Positions 12,801 to 26,300 of a stretch of DNA of 64,000 nt are shown here, piece by piece (position 1 is the stretch's first letter; each line of letters opens with the position of its first letter). A program made the translations under genes and the position numbers. The notes under the pieces are model-generated. The model had not been told where the DNA came from, ran no database searches, and was given only the letters and a program-made list of their open reading frames with translations. Location: the NCBI GenBank assembly GCA_036172245.1, contig JAYWIR010000004.1, forward strand, positions 2,976,001-3,040,000, given 5' to 3'. Origin of the DNA: Raillietiella orientalis (taxonomy: Eukaryota).

Positions 12801-14668
12801 GCGTTCAGTTTCTTCTTCCTTTTTTTTTTTTTTTTTTCTTTCTTTCTCTCCCCCCCCCCCCTTTTTTTCCCCCTCCCCCACCAGTGTTTAAGAGGCACTA
12901 CGAAAATCGGTTCCTACGAGCTCGGAAATTCCAGCTAAATGGAGATGGTGATTCTGTTGAAAGGAAAACAAAAGCTTTCATCATATGTGGAGCTAGAAAA
13001 CATCACTTAAACTCGTAAATCTTCAAGAAGGGAGCAAGTTCCTGGTTACAAAATAAAGAAAGAAAGAAAGAAAAAAAAAAAAAAAAAACGAAAAACAAAA
13101 GCAACCAATAAAGAGATATATTGTGAAATGGAAAAATGAACGTACGATATTTTAAAGGGGGTGCGAACTTTGTGTACGGATGCATGCGCGGCTTTCGACA
13201 CAACGTAACAACGAAATATGCAAATGAGACGGATACCAAGAGAATCGTAAAAGAAAGAAGAGAAAAAGTGAAAAGAGAGGGAATAAGAAGAAGAGGAAGA
13301 AAGAGCGCGCGCGGAGATTTCCAGCGCGCTCACTACATAGCGGATGTATTCGATCCGGAGGATTGAGCTGCATCCCGGCTAACCACGTCGTTTCCCCGTA
13401 GTGATCTCTGGGAGTGGCTCGACGAAAAATTCCTTGGGATTTGGCAGCTCGTCGATCCGCGCAGGTCTCGCGTTCCGGCGAATTTTGATCTTGGCTTTTA
13501 TGATGCACAAAAAATAGAAAAAAAAAAAAAAAATGAAAATGAAAATGACCCCCCCCCCCCCTTTCCTCCAAAAGAAAAATAATAAGGAAATGAGGATCGA
13601 CAGCAATCGAACGGTCCCTTTTTGAGTTTGAGAGAGGGGGAGGGATGAGGTTTTGCAAGTTTTCCGTCTTGCCTGCTAGCCTTTTTGGGGTTTGTTTTGT
13701 TTCCTATGCTTTTCCTCCTTATTCTTCTTTTTGAAATTTCATTATCGGATCGATAAGTAGCCAAGTAAGTAAAAGCCTATTACGAAATCCAGAAAACGCT
13801 GCGGAGCGATCCCGCTCATGTGGCTGCCTGCACTCGGGGTCTGCCTTCGGTTTACGAAACGTGGGAGCGAGCGACCCGTATATGCATATGCATGCGTACA
13901 CACACACACACGTATGCCCCCCACCCCACCCCACCCCTGCGCGCGTACACACCGACGCGCCTCCTGGCCCGAGCGCCGCTCCCCTCCCCCCCCCCCCCCC
14001 CCCCCGAGCCCCCGTGAGTGCTTTCTGAGAATCGTGGGGAGCGGGGAGGACCGGCTGGCCGCGGTCGTTTGGACGAAGGCGCCGTCCCTGCATACGAATG
14101 GCAATTTTGAAATTCCTTCGTCCTCGCCACTTTGATTTAATTGGGAACACACAGTTCTGTTTAGCTAAGCACAGTTGCAATGTAAGTGAATTTCGGAATA
14201 AAACATGATCTTGGAAAAACAAAAAAACGGGCAGCATCCATTTGCTCTCCGCTTCCACATTTTCAGACGCCGCTCATTATCGAATTTTTCGAACCGAAAC
14301 TGATAAGAAATCCGTGTTTTTTTAAGGAAGGGAGGGGAGGGGAGGGGAGAGAGAGAGGGAGGGAGGGGGGGGCGGCGGCGACGAGATCTGTTCTAATGAA
14401 CGGGATTCCTCTCCCACTATTCTGAAAAGCCCATTCCTGCATTTCCAGATTAACTTACATGGTTCCACAACGATCCTAACGTGCTGGAATGTTCTACCAG
14501 TCGGCGCAAGAACTCGGTTTCCACGGCAGTCGCGAAACGTGTGTTCACGGAGAATCCTTTCCCCTCTTTTATTGAAGAAACGAAAGAGTCGGGAACACGG
14601 GATGCTGGTTGTCAGCAGCAACCACATCGAACTGCAGCACGGCCTTGCGTGTGTGTGCGTGTGTGCGT

Positions 14669-14669
14669 T

Positions 14670-14699
<30 letters not shown>
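14669..14699. repeat. (GCA)n trinucleotide repeat, about 10 units
   Basis: Directly visible. Confidence 0.95.
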
Positions 14700-14700
<1 letters not shown>

Positions 14701-14899
14701 TGAGGGAACAAAATCAGCCAGGTTGACACTCCCGTTAGTTACCTTGTCGCACAACGCTGCGCGAAGAAGTTCCAACGTCCGCCGATCCGTTGTCGTACAG
14801 AGTGCTGGTTGCGGGCAAAAACACGTTCTCGTCTCGCGGTTAGCGGGGGGAGGGAAGGGAGTGACCGAAGTCGTGTCGGGATGAATGAAGATGCCTGCG

Positions 14900-17800
14900 A
14901 GAAAGGATCTCGGTCACCCCCGTACGTGCACGCGAGTTCGTGGAACAAGGTGGAGCGGACCCTCAGCAAACCAAGGTTTCGGACATGAGAGCGGAATCCC
15001 GGGGGGGAGGGATGTCCCACGAAACGAGGTTCTCCGAGGAAGGAAGGAAGGCGCTTCACGAGACGCGCGTGCTTTCAAGAGCAGAGTCGGAAACTGACCG
15101 AGGGCCGAGAGGAGCTCTGCAAGGGCTGGAAGCCATTAAACATGGACCGGGGTGTTCCGGCGCTCGGCGGTAGTGCGGCTCACCTGAGCAGGTCGCGCTG
15201 CGATGAGCCAGGAGCCTTCGGGAAGAAAGTTCCTTTCCACGCTCGAAAAGGAACTCCGCAGTGACAAAGTCCCCCCGGAAGTGACGAGGAGGACGGTGCG
15301 TACACAGCGAAGGAGAGAGCTTCTGTACAGGATCCCTGGCGCGGCTGGCTGAGGAGGCTGCAACGCGCGCGGCCGTAGAACGCAAGACGGCAACGCCAAG
15401 GGGGTCCGTTACCAAGAGAAGAGTACCTCCACACGTCGACGCAGTTTCCAGCGTCGCAAGACGCAAACTGGACAAGCAGAGCGTGCCAGCATGATCTTCG
15501 GCGATCAGGCAGGCTGGAGCTCCTTCCAGAAATCGTGGAGACAGGCGGCTTTGGAAAGCTGATCCTGCTGCAGCTCGGTCTGAACGCAGCAACGCGACGC
15601 TCGCCATGCGCAACCGTCGGGGATTCCTTCCGACCGCTAGCTGTGCAGCTTCTGGCAGCGCGGTTGCGGCTGGCTCATGTCGCAGAGGAACTGTAGTGAC
15701 CTTGCGCGAGATCACACCTATGCATACACCTCACCACGGAGCTCACCTCTTCAAAAGTGGGACGACTAAGAAGAGAGATGAAAAGACCGCAGGAAACGCA
15801 TGTTGGCAACTCTGGTCTTTCCTCATGGGCTAGGTAGGTGCAGTGGCAGGAATAAGTATTGCATGCACCTCTCCCCCCCTCCCCCATGCGAGGAAGCGGA
15901 GGCAGAGTTTCAAGAAGTCAAACAGATGGAATTTCCTAGTAGCAAAAAGGGTAGATGCAGACGGGATCTCCGAAGAAATGGCAGAGGCCACAAGACTTTG
16001 GATTTCGCAAGCTGACTCTCTCGTTTCTGAGTGCGGAAAGCTCGTCTTTTGCCAGATGCAGGAATGGCCGTAAAAGCGCACCGAAAAGCAGCTCCCAGAC
16101 CAACACAGGGGTCCCCCCCTCCCCCAGTGTTCTTCGCTTCCATCCAAGGCACTTGCAGAGGCGGTGACTGGACAAGCGTCGGGACGCCGTCGGAAAACGG
16201 GTGCGCGGCCCACCGGGGGGGATGCTGATTGACATTGGCGCTGCCCTGGAATTCCCAAACCAACTTACACCACTTTCCCGCCAACACGGTGAAGAGAAGC
16301 CTTGGAACCGGTCGCAGGAAGGGCTTTCGGATCTTCCTGAGAGCTCCCACGATGGCTCGGGGAGGAGGGGAGAGACTGGGCGGGAGAGAGGAAGGAAAAT
16401 CGAGCCGGTGAAGAGAACTGAGCCGACAGAAGCCAGGGGGGAAGAGGATGAGGGAGGCGGGGGGTGGAAGGCAGAATCAGAAAAGCCCTTGTGCCGAAAG
16501 GCAGAGCCGATCATCGTGCGAGAACGGAATTCTGAGAGGAACAGGTGGGACGTCCCAGGAAGTGCTCTACGAAGACGCTGCTTGCACACGACGCGGAGAA
16601 GCCAATTCGAGAGCGACCGCCGAGAGCCATGGGTGCTGCAGGCGAGCGTGCCAAGCTGCTCCATGGTGTTCCGAGACGAGCACCATCCGTTTTGCTAGAG
16701 AAGGACGACGCGATCATTTTTGCATTTTCCTCTGGGAGATGCTTCGCTGCTCCTCCCAATCGGCCGGCACGGGAGCGCGGTGGAGAGCCGCTGGATCCCC
16801 AGACGTGAGCGAACGACAGCGCCACAGACGTGCAGCGTGCGATTGGTGATTCAAAAGACTGACTAAATGGCCAAGGATGGGAGCCAAGGATCGCCAACCA
16901 GGGGTGGATTTGGTTGAAGTACGGAACGATTCGCGGAGGTACGAGCCGTCAGAGTTATCTGCTCTCTTCCGATGCTGTTGGAATGATAAGGATGAAATTA
17001 AGAGACGATAACAAACAAATTAGGATCTGTACCGTGCAAAAGACGATGGCGCGAATCAAATCGGATCTCGGCTCGATGAACGGAAAGCAAAAGAACTCCA
17101 TGGTCAGTCTGGCAGCAGAGTGGTGGTGATTGTACTAAGGAAGCGAGTGCGGTCCGGGCGTTCCACGAGTCCTCTAGGGCTCTTCGCGGGATGAGTGGAA
17201 AAGTCTTCGTGGAAGCCGTCGGATGCAAAGTATAAGTCGAACGCACCAGATAAGTCGAATCTGAAGGCCCATCAGCCCGAGTGGTGTTGGAGATGGGATG
17301 GTGGCAGGCAGCACACGGAAGCGGAACGGGAAGGCGAACGGAAGAGAGCGAAAATATGGAATGGCGGCCAGGGAGGTCGTCCCGTATGGGGCCGGGGGAG
17401 TTGCGACTGACTCGCGCGAGAGCAATAGAGCAAGAGCTGCGGCCAAAGCCCTCAAGGGTGCTTGGAAACGGAAACGGAAATGCTACAGGTAGCCGGGCTT
17501 GATAAAGTACTCGTCGTTGCGGGTTGCTTCTTTGGGGGACTCCGCAAAACCTGCTTGACATAGCGCGCCGGTCCAGCCGCGGCTTGGCATCCTTTCTCTG
17601 TCTCTCTCTCTCTGATGAGATGAACATACCGATTCGGCAAAATACGGGAAAGGGGGGAGAGGGGGGGGAGAGCAATCGGGCGTTGACCTCGAATTTGTGA
17701 TGCGAAATGGACAACTAATGGCAAAAGATGATCAGAGCGAATTTCTATTCGAAAAGAGATCGGATGCTCGGACGAGCAGTGGCGGGAGACAAGCGAATAC

Positions 17801-19450
17801 CTGAGAGCCACTCCGCCTAACGAAAGAGGAAGCCGAACGGGAAGGCAGTCTTCAACCCGAATCGGAGTCACTCTGCACGGAGGTCGTGGGGATGTTGGCC
17901 TGCCAGAGAGGATGGTGGAAGATAGCCACAAGGAGCCGGCGGTGCAGCACCAGTTGCACGGATGCCGACTCGTGTTCTAGTACGCATTGCCCACGGTGTC
18001 ACTCCCCGTGGGCAGTTCGCTGCCAACTCTCGAAATGCTCGTCCTTTCGAATGCTTTGAATGAGCCAGTGCCCCATACTCCGGAAGCTGAACAGGGTTTG
18101 TTGAGGACGGAGGAAGTGGAAAAGAGGGACGTGGCCGCTGCTGCGGGAATTCAGTCCACTTCGAGCAGCAAGTAGTTTCAGGAGAAGAAGGGCCATCGTC
18201 TCTTCCAGCAGCTCCGCAACTGCGAGAAAGGAGGGTTTGCGTGAGTCGCCCAAGAGGACTTTGGCTACTGGAATCCAGTACACCATGAGAAAGGTATCAA
18301 AATCGTAACGAGCATAACCGATGGTTCTCACCAAAGGAGGGACCGAGGCGAGCGGAGCGCGGTGGTGGCCACTCCGCATCCCCACTGGATCCAAGAGCGT
18401 CCAAGGATGGGGTGTCCCCAGAGTTTCCTGGAATGGACGCCAGGTTCGAGAGGGAGCGGCAACGGCGCGGACCTTCCCGTTTCGGAAGAAGAAGCCGGGG
18501 GAAGAGAGACACAAGCCACGGGGACGTGGACGTGCACCTCAGGGGAGCGTGTGCAGGAGAGGTGGAACCACGGAGGCTGTGCTATTCCCGCTGTGACGCC
18601 GCCGCTTCTGTGTCTTCCTCTTCCCATCCCACCCACCCCGGAAAGCGGCAAGTTCCGGAGCCGCGTCTTCCTCTTCTCGGGAAGCCGAGCTTCGAACGAC
18701 GAAAAGATCCCGCGGCGTCCGTGTACCATCAGGCAAATGAAAACCATACTGCGGCTCTGATGATTCAGGAAGGAAAAACAATAAATAATCAGCAGCAGCT
18801 CCGGCATCGATTAAATTCCCTTACCCTGCTCTCCCTTCCCTCAAATCGGAATTACGTTTCCATCCATCTTTAATGGAATCACATGATGGAAACTATAAAG
18901 ACGGGACCGGCCTTCGCTGCCACGTGGTCATACACTACGGAAACACAGAGCGCGGAACTGATTTGTATACAGAGGACGATCCCCCGCGTCCGCATCGCGA
19001 ATGGAAACTGCATATGACCTGTGAAGCTGCGTGAAGTTTACTAAGGAAGGATTCTCATCAGAAAGGGTTCGCGAGGCGTAGGTGAAAATGAAACCCATTT
19101 GCCGGCCGTTCTCTTCCCTTTTTGCAGAGCAGCTCGCCTTCGGGAGCCGCCGGGTTTATAGCGGAGGGAGGGAGCGCCGAGAAGTCCCCGAGATCCTAGT
19201 GCCGACGAACCAGTGGAACAGGAATCACTGGGTTGGAAACAACAACCAGCAGGAAGCGCTCTGGGAGACGGTAGCGCCGAGCCGCGCCGCTTTTACGATT
19301 GTACAAATCATCTGTATAGCAGAAGTCGGGATCCCGATATGTTTGCCTACGCTCAGAAGATGGGTTCGACGGATTCTGCGAGCCAGGGTCCGCTTCGCGC
19401 AGCATCTTCCTCCGCCCCCTTGATCTTTGAATAAGCAGATGCGCCATGGA
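14900..19450 (+). mobile_element. Heavily decayed R1-clade (Waldo-like) non-LTR retrotransposon
   Basis: Degenerate motifs in the expected order across frameshifts: gag-like GKLILLQL (~15550) and knuckle-like CWQLWSF/PHGLGRCSGRNKYC (~15800); APE-like GWIWLKYGTI...SYL...IRMKL (~16900); RT-like MVLTKGG...WPLRI (~18320) and FRKKK (~18480); C-terminal FAYAQKMGSTDSAS (~19350), resembling the R1 YLHKMGxxxSP motif. Confidence 0.5.
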
Positions 19451-19679
19451 AGACAAAACCGAGTGGTACCTTTGTACAATCCATTACCCTTTTTGTTTGT
19501 TCATCCAGGAACATGCAGTTCGTGATTCGCCATCCCTGGCATATTGATCCAGGAATAGGTAACTGGATTAAAAGTACCCGAATTTAAATTTATTGAAAGG
19601 AAGGCAAAAAAAAAAAAAAAAAAGTTTGCCGTACAACACATTACCCGCAGCGCGCTTTGGCGAGAGTGCAACTCGGACG

Positions 19680-19960
19680 TGTTTCGACAGCTCAAACCCA
19701 GCATCCAGTATGCAGCATGGGGATGCGCGTTCACAGGATCGGCTGCAGCACTCTTATTCTGCGCGGACATTGCAGGCGGGAGAGCCAAGCCCAAGGAGCG
19801 AAGGGCCTGGAGAGGGCGCAAGAATCGCGGGAAAAAAAGCGAGATCGTTAAGGAAGGTACCGCACGGAATCGGGAGTTTCCAGGATTTCTGCCAGGGGGA
19901 GCGCAACGAGCAGAAATCTCCGAGATCTGGAAAATGAAAGCGAGCCTGGAAAAGGAGCGA
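19680..19960 (+). mobile_element. Old CR1/L2-like LINE 3' fragment
   Basis: LKPSIQYA and KGLERAQ resemble the post-RT RPxLEYA...LERVQ motif. Very degenerate. Confidence 0.3.
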
Positions 19961-20419
19961 CCGAGAAACACTTGATGGGGACGGCGGGCGCCGATGCAGG
20001 AATTTTTGACCCAAGAAAATCGGAAGCGCCCATTCCTTCCAGCGCACCTTTCCTCCTCTTCCTCCGACACAACACCAAGTACGCTACGCGAAATACACTT
20101 TTCCAAGGACGGAAAACTGGAAAAGCAGGTGGCAAGTGGCTCCCACCACAGTGGTCAGAATCTCCCAGCTGGTAAGAAGAGGGCATCAAGGAACCCATGG
20201 GCTCCGGAGAGGAATTTCAAGACAGCAGCGAGCAGCAGCCCGGCAGCCACGAGGACCGAAGTGCATTGAAAGTTTTCTTTTGCTTCCCGTCTCTCTCGCG
20301 TGGAAGCTGTGCACCCAGAAAAGCGAGAAAGAGGCTCTCACTTGAGCTGCACCCTCCACCCCCCCATCCCTTACGAGTGGTGGCGGTAGTAGTAGGGACT
20401 CTCAGAAGACGGAAGATGC

Positions 20420-21000
20420 GTCTATTTGTCATACTGGTGTGTTCTGGAAAACATCGCATCAGGTATCACCAGCTCTGAGCCGAAAATTGATGCCACCGAG
20501 GTCGGGCTGCGTACCGTACAACTTCACAAAACACACATAGTTGGCAACGTATGCTTAGCGTATGCGGTAAACTGCTTCTTCGAGTGATTAACGGTGGACG
20601 AACTGAACTGCTAATAGGAAAGGAACGTGGGTTCTGAACGTTTTCCATCGTCGGGAACGGTGAGGTTCCAGAGAGAAGCTAACCTGATAACATGGGCCAC
20701 GTTGCACACACATGGATCTCCGAGGAGAATACGTGCATGTCGGCATGGCGTTCGACAGGTCCTCGAAGCACTTTTGGAGCGATGGGCGCCTTACGAGCGC
20801 CAACCGGTCCGTCTGTATCGAGAGGAGATCTCCAGCGTTCCTTCTAAAATAATTTTGATAAACACTGACCGGGAAACGTGTGCATGATGTGTCCACGCAT
20901 GACTTGAAATATTTATTAATCCTGCGTCCAGAAGACGGGGTTTCTGCGCGAATACGCTGAGTGCTGCTGCGGTGCACACACACCGTTCTTCCGAAGAGTC
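20420..21000 (-). mobile_element. Old LINE reverse-transcriptase fragment
   Basis: SVYQNYFRRN (like QHGFRR) and CFEDLSNAMPT (like FLDLSKAFDT) occur in order in one frame. Confidence 0.35.
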
Positions 21001-23293
21001 GGCGGCACGGCGCGGTCGCCTTTCGTTGATGAGGGAGCAGCAGCAAACTTTCCTTTGCTTCACTTTTCGGGGATCCTCCTCGCCCTTGGTGATTCCGTGC
21101 CTCAACTGCCAAAACTACGGAATTTCGGACCTGTTGAGTGCCGGGATAGGAATTTTCCCAAGACCGTGGAAAAATGAACAGCATCACGACGCGGCGAAGA
21201 TGATTTGCTTATTGATTCGGACGCGGAAAAAATCAATGGACATTTCGTTGTTCGGATCAATGATTAAAATGTGCATAAATCGCGGTGCGATGAAGCCAAA
21301 TGGACATGGCATTAGTATATTGTGTACCATGCCGAACAAACACGTGTGACGTGTGACGTATGGATATCTCAGACAACATGATCTAAAAGAACGAGATCGA
21401 CTTGACCGCGCGGTAAAATCCAAATACTCCTCGCTTTAATGACATGCCCGTCAAACAAACGCATTCAGTTATTCCTTGTCCTCCCGAAGATGGAGAGTGG
21501 TAGGAGGAAGCAGTCGAGCTTTCTGGAATCGTCATCGGTGGTTCCCCGGATCGCTTCCAGCCGATTCTCCTCCGCCTTTCGGGTTGAGAAGCGCCAAAAG
21601 CAAGCCAACCTGCGCTCTTTTCCTTTGCATTCAATTCTGCCGTGCCTCCGTTCGGATCTCTGCTTGTTGTTTTCCACTATAAATTTTTTTTTTTTTTTTT
21701 TCATTTGTCAATCCCCCTCCCCCCTCCCTTTCCTGTACAACACACGCATCCATTCGCGCTGCCTGCCCCCCTTTTGTACGGAGCATGCGCGGATTCGATT
21801 CCTTTCCTTTAAGTGCTATGGAAGGTTGTAACTAGCGTGCTTTTTTATCTATACTTGGACCGTTTCAAACATGACATGGACCACGAATGCCCAGTTACAT
21901 TCCTTGTTCTGTTCCAAGTGTTGCCTTGAAAATCGCATTACTTTCTATGAGCTGTCCATGTTTAAGAAGGCCCTTTTCATAAAAGATATTGGATGCATTT
22001 TTTTTTTTTTTCCTCTCTCTCCCTCCCTCCCTCTCTCTCTCTCTCTCTCCTCAACCCCATCCAAAAAGACACAGCTGTTTATCTAAATCGGGACTGTGCA
22101 GAATGAGTTATCCAATTTGCTATCAAGCGAGAGATTTCGTTTTTAATCAGACAAGGCCCTACGACACAACGGATTCCGTTTTACTTCGATTGATGAATGC
22201 ATCAACTGATTTTTCCACATGAGTCGAAGATGTAAGAACTGCTCGAAATTCAGCGCGCCCACAGTCTGCTTCCCAGTCAGATCGCACTCCAGCGCGGCAG
22301 TTAAGTGGTCCACCGTTGCCTGGAGATACGAAAAGTCGTAAATACAACAAAACAGCAATTTTTCGAGTGATCACATTTCTTTCTGGTAACGTGATCGTTC
22401 ACAGAAGGAAGATGGGATTTTGAAGGATGACGGTTTCCCGAGAGCCAGGGTGCTCAAGCAAAACCACGAGGAAGCAAAATCCTTTTGCAAGTTCTTTTGC
22501 CACCTCAGGACAACACACTTACCATCTCCGAATGATTTTCCTTTCCAACGGTTCGAATGAGCACTCCCCATATCTGTCTCGGCCTTTCTAATGAGCTTTT
22601 CTTATTCCGCATTCGTTCAGTGGATATCCCACATTAGAGATTTGAATGAAGATATAAAATAATACGCGGCTTTTGTAGGAAACGCACTTCCGTTTGCTGC
22701 AACACGAAGCGATATGGATTGCTCTTGTAAATTGGCTTACTTCAGCTTGAAAGGACGGTATTGCTCTGCAAAGCAGGGGTACCATTACCCCTGCTTTAAA
22801 AAGAAGAAGAAGAAGAAAAAAAAAAAAAACGAGACGATGTATGGGGGGGGGGGGGAGAAAGAAGGAAAGCAAATAAGACAATCAAAAAATCGTTCTTCTT
22901 GCATTTTCGGCTTCGGTGTCACACAATTCGTGTTTGTCCCGGTGAGTGCCTATCTTAGAAACTGCGGTTATTTTACCGACGTATTTATCACCAACCCACA
23001 TTTGCTGGCAATTATCACGAAGAAATCCATTCCTCCAATCTATGTGAGGAATACTTTTCCTCGTGGAACACTTCCTCGAAAGCCAGCCATCTTCTTCCAA
23101 TTGTGATCTGCACCACGGTAATGGCAATGAGGAGCCTCGCGTTTTCTTTCCTTTTGCACGCAGCGAGCGAGAGGTTCGTACGCGTCGCAGGAACCTCTTG
23201 AAGGAACATCATCAGTCTTTTGGGGCAGGGGAGCAGGAGGAATGTGCTTAAGAAGAATAACCGACTGCTCTGAAGTCGAAGATGCTTTCTTTC

Positions 23294-23324
<31 letters not shown>

Positions 23325-26300
23325 GGAAATCAAAAATGGGACTCCATCGGTAAAGAATAGGCCATGCTTGCAGTTTCAGGTTTTGATGTTTTGATTTGGC
23401 TTCCACTATGTGCAATGGAATGAGCTTTAACTACGTGGGTTCTTCCTACCCATTACTTGGAAGTTCCCGGGACCATGGGAACCCCAACGAAAATGTGCAC
23501 AAGAATGCGGTTGCTGATGTACATCCCCAATCCGCCGGAATCATGAACACTGTGCTTCCCAAACACTCAAACCTCGAACCCTAATGGTAATGTTTCTCGT
23601 GTGCCTCATGGCCGTTGGCGCCGTCTCAGTTTCTCTCCGGAGACTTACGATATTCGGCAAGAAATTTACAAAAAAATAAAAAATGCAAGCACAGACGTCA
23701 ATAAATCCATGGCAGCATTTTATTCAGTAAGGCCCTCCTTCCTCGTATGCGTTGCTTCCCCACTACACAAAACATGATCGGTGCAAGATGGATGTGGACT
23801 CCATGGCAATCGTCAAGCAGCCAAACAACGTTGCATTCCAAGTGTTCTGTCCGAAGACACGTTAGGGAGAGGCCTTCCATCTCGCTGATTCCTAGATTCT
23901 CCTGTTGAGAGCATTTGGGTGTCTTGGCCTCTGCACTCGTCCAAGTGCCACCAGGATTAACGTGTTACGTTGTTATAACGTCCGGAGCACCTCGGGGCAT
24001 CAATGCATTCAGTGTGAGGCATTGCACCGATCGTAACTTTCGATTTATATAATTCGTAAAGTTTTTGGTGAGTGTCATCCGACGCGGTGTTCTTTGCGGG
24101 GAGACTCCCGGCCGCCATGGTTTCCGGGTGCTTCCTGCGCGATTCCAGGTACACCGGCGGTTCAACCCGATTCCGAAACCCTGCGATGCGCGCACGGGGA
24201 AAGACCGAACCCACGGGAACCGCCGCCGCTTTCTGCGGGATCCCTCGCACCGTCTCGAGCATCCTTCGATTCGCCGGACGCGTTCCACGGCGACCTTTTT
24301 TAAATGCACGCGCTCCTATTGTGCAATCAAATCAGATGTAATTGCGATTTTTACTTCGGGGACGATTTCGCGTTCAACTTCGTGAAAATTCGAGATTCAA
24401 GCAGGTGTTTCGGGATGTGATTGACGTGACAAAAGAAGGAGAATCCCCGAAGACGAGAACCACCTGAAGAACAAAAAGTGTCCACACGCTCTTACAGCAG
24501 CAAAGACTTTCGCGCAGTGACTGATGGGAAATGCTTCTTTCTTGGAAAAGTATCAGATTTTTTTTTTTTTGTGCGTCTCCCCTCAGGAGGTGCGAAACTA
24601 GAGATATATGTACACATAACATGTATTTATTTATTTTTTCGAAAAAAAGGCTCTTCCTTACGAAAACAAGAGAGTGGTTGTCTAGGAAAAGGAAGGGGGA
24701 AGGGGAACAGGATCAATTCAAATAAAACAGGATGAGCTTGATGCAAACCGACTTGCAGTTGTTCAAAGGTAGTGGTTTTAACAGCCACGGTGAGGACTTC
24801 GGGCTCCTTCGCAGGAAGGCGCTCGCTGTTCGGTCGAGGAATGCCCGGAGGTGTGCGGGTGTGCTACCACAGCTTCCTCCCTCTCTGTACATCCGCGTTG
24901 CTGCCCTCTTGCATGGTTGCAGGCCGAGCCCCTGGTGGACGCGATTACCACACTGTATCAGATGGAGGAAGCAACGAGAGACGTTCGCCCAATGTGAAAC
25001 TAATGATGAAATGTTTCTCTTAGGACCGCGTCGAAATGAAAGTTATTAATCCTGATGCTGGAAAGCTTCGCACTCTTGCGCACGTAAAAGGACCTGGGAG
25101 GAATTCCGAAGGTTGCAGCGAGATTATGCAGAATCGATTTCCTTACGATTCTTCCAAAATGGATCTGCGTGCCTGAGTTTTGTGTTTTGTTTAGCAATAC
25201 GTCCTGCTAACATCACCTAATAATAGAAGTGCTGTTCGTTCCGAATAATAATAGAAACACGAGTTGAAAAAATTGCACGCGCAAGCGCATGCCTTCAGTG
25301 AAAAAAATTGCACGAAAGCTGTTGCATTCGATGCAGTTCTTATTTTTAATTCCCCCACCCCCCTCTTCCTTCCCCCTCCCCCATGCGCACAAATTTGCAT
25401 GGAAGTTCTTCCTGGAGGTCCTTGGCCTAGGTGGTGAAGCGGGCTGTCTTGCGGAAAACCCTCAACCTCACCGTGCCCGGAGAACGAGGAAACTTCCGGC
25501 GAGAAGTTTGCTTGGTTACGGGGGGGGGGGGAGGGAGGGGATCCCACCGAAAGGGGCGCGGCAGCTTTGGGAAGCGGGAGTGCCATCTGAGAAAGGAGGC
25601 GTTCAGCCGCTCTACTCGGGGGGGATCGCTGCTCGCTTCCCCGCGACCCTCCCCCCCCCCCCTCCCAGTTCGGCTTGGGAGCGAAAGCGCGGAACGGCAA
25701 GAAGCCGCGGTGTCACCACCACCGCCACCACCTCCAGACGATGACGCCAACCGTCTGAATGGAAGGATCTGAAGCGGATGGGATCCCGCCACCAACATCC
25801 GACGCCCGTTTCGATCCTCCGAGTGGACCGCGCATCAGGAAACGGGCATCACCCACCCACTCGGTTCTGCGACATGCCGATCATCGGAGACGTATCGGAA
25901 GGCGCTCTTCCGAGCCTCGAAGGGAGATGGAAGCACCACGAGGCTGCTCCGCGGCACGAGCATTCCTATAAATAAAAGGCGTTTTATGTAGAAAGTGGAA
26001 TGCGCCAGGACTGTGCACACGGAGGACACACGAGCGCATCTTGCACAACTTTTATGTGTTGTTTCCGTGATCCTGCAGCACACGGGGACCCCTTTGTTCT
26101 AATCGTGACTTTGACTGATTGGCAGCTGCGGTGATGAAAATGGAACTCTCTGATTTCCGATTTCTAAAAATGCCGTAGAAATAACATTGTGCAATGGACG
26201 CTCTCAAGGTGAACACGAAGACTTTGGAAAACCATTCCCTGAAATGGGTCCTTACGTACATTATATTTGTATTCCGATTGTGTGTGATGTGTCTGCCTAT

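Noticed and set aside
12801..14450. Plus-strand Inr (TCAGTT ~12805), donor (GTAAGT ~13765) and acceptor (~14448) suggesting a divergent spliced lncRNA
   Set aside because: Short motifs expected by chance; no independent evidence.
22130..22440. Possible RT remnant (TRPYDTTD...)
   Set aside because: Too degenerate to call.
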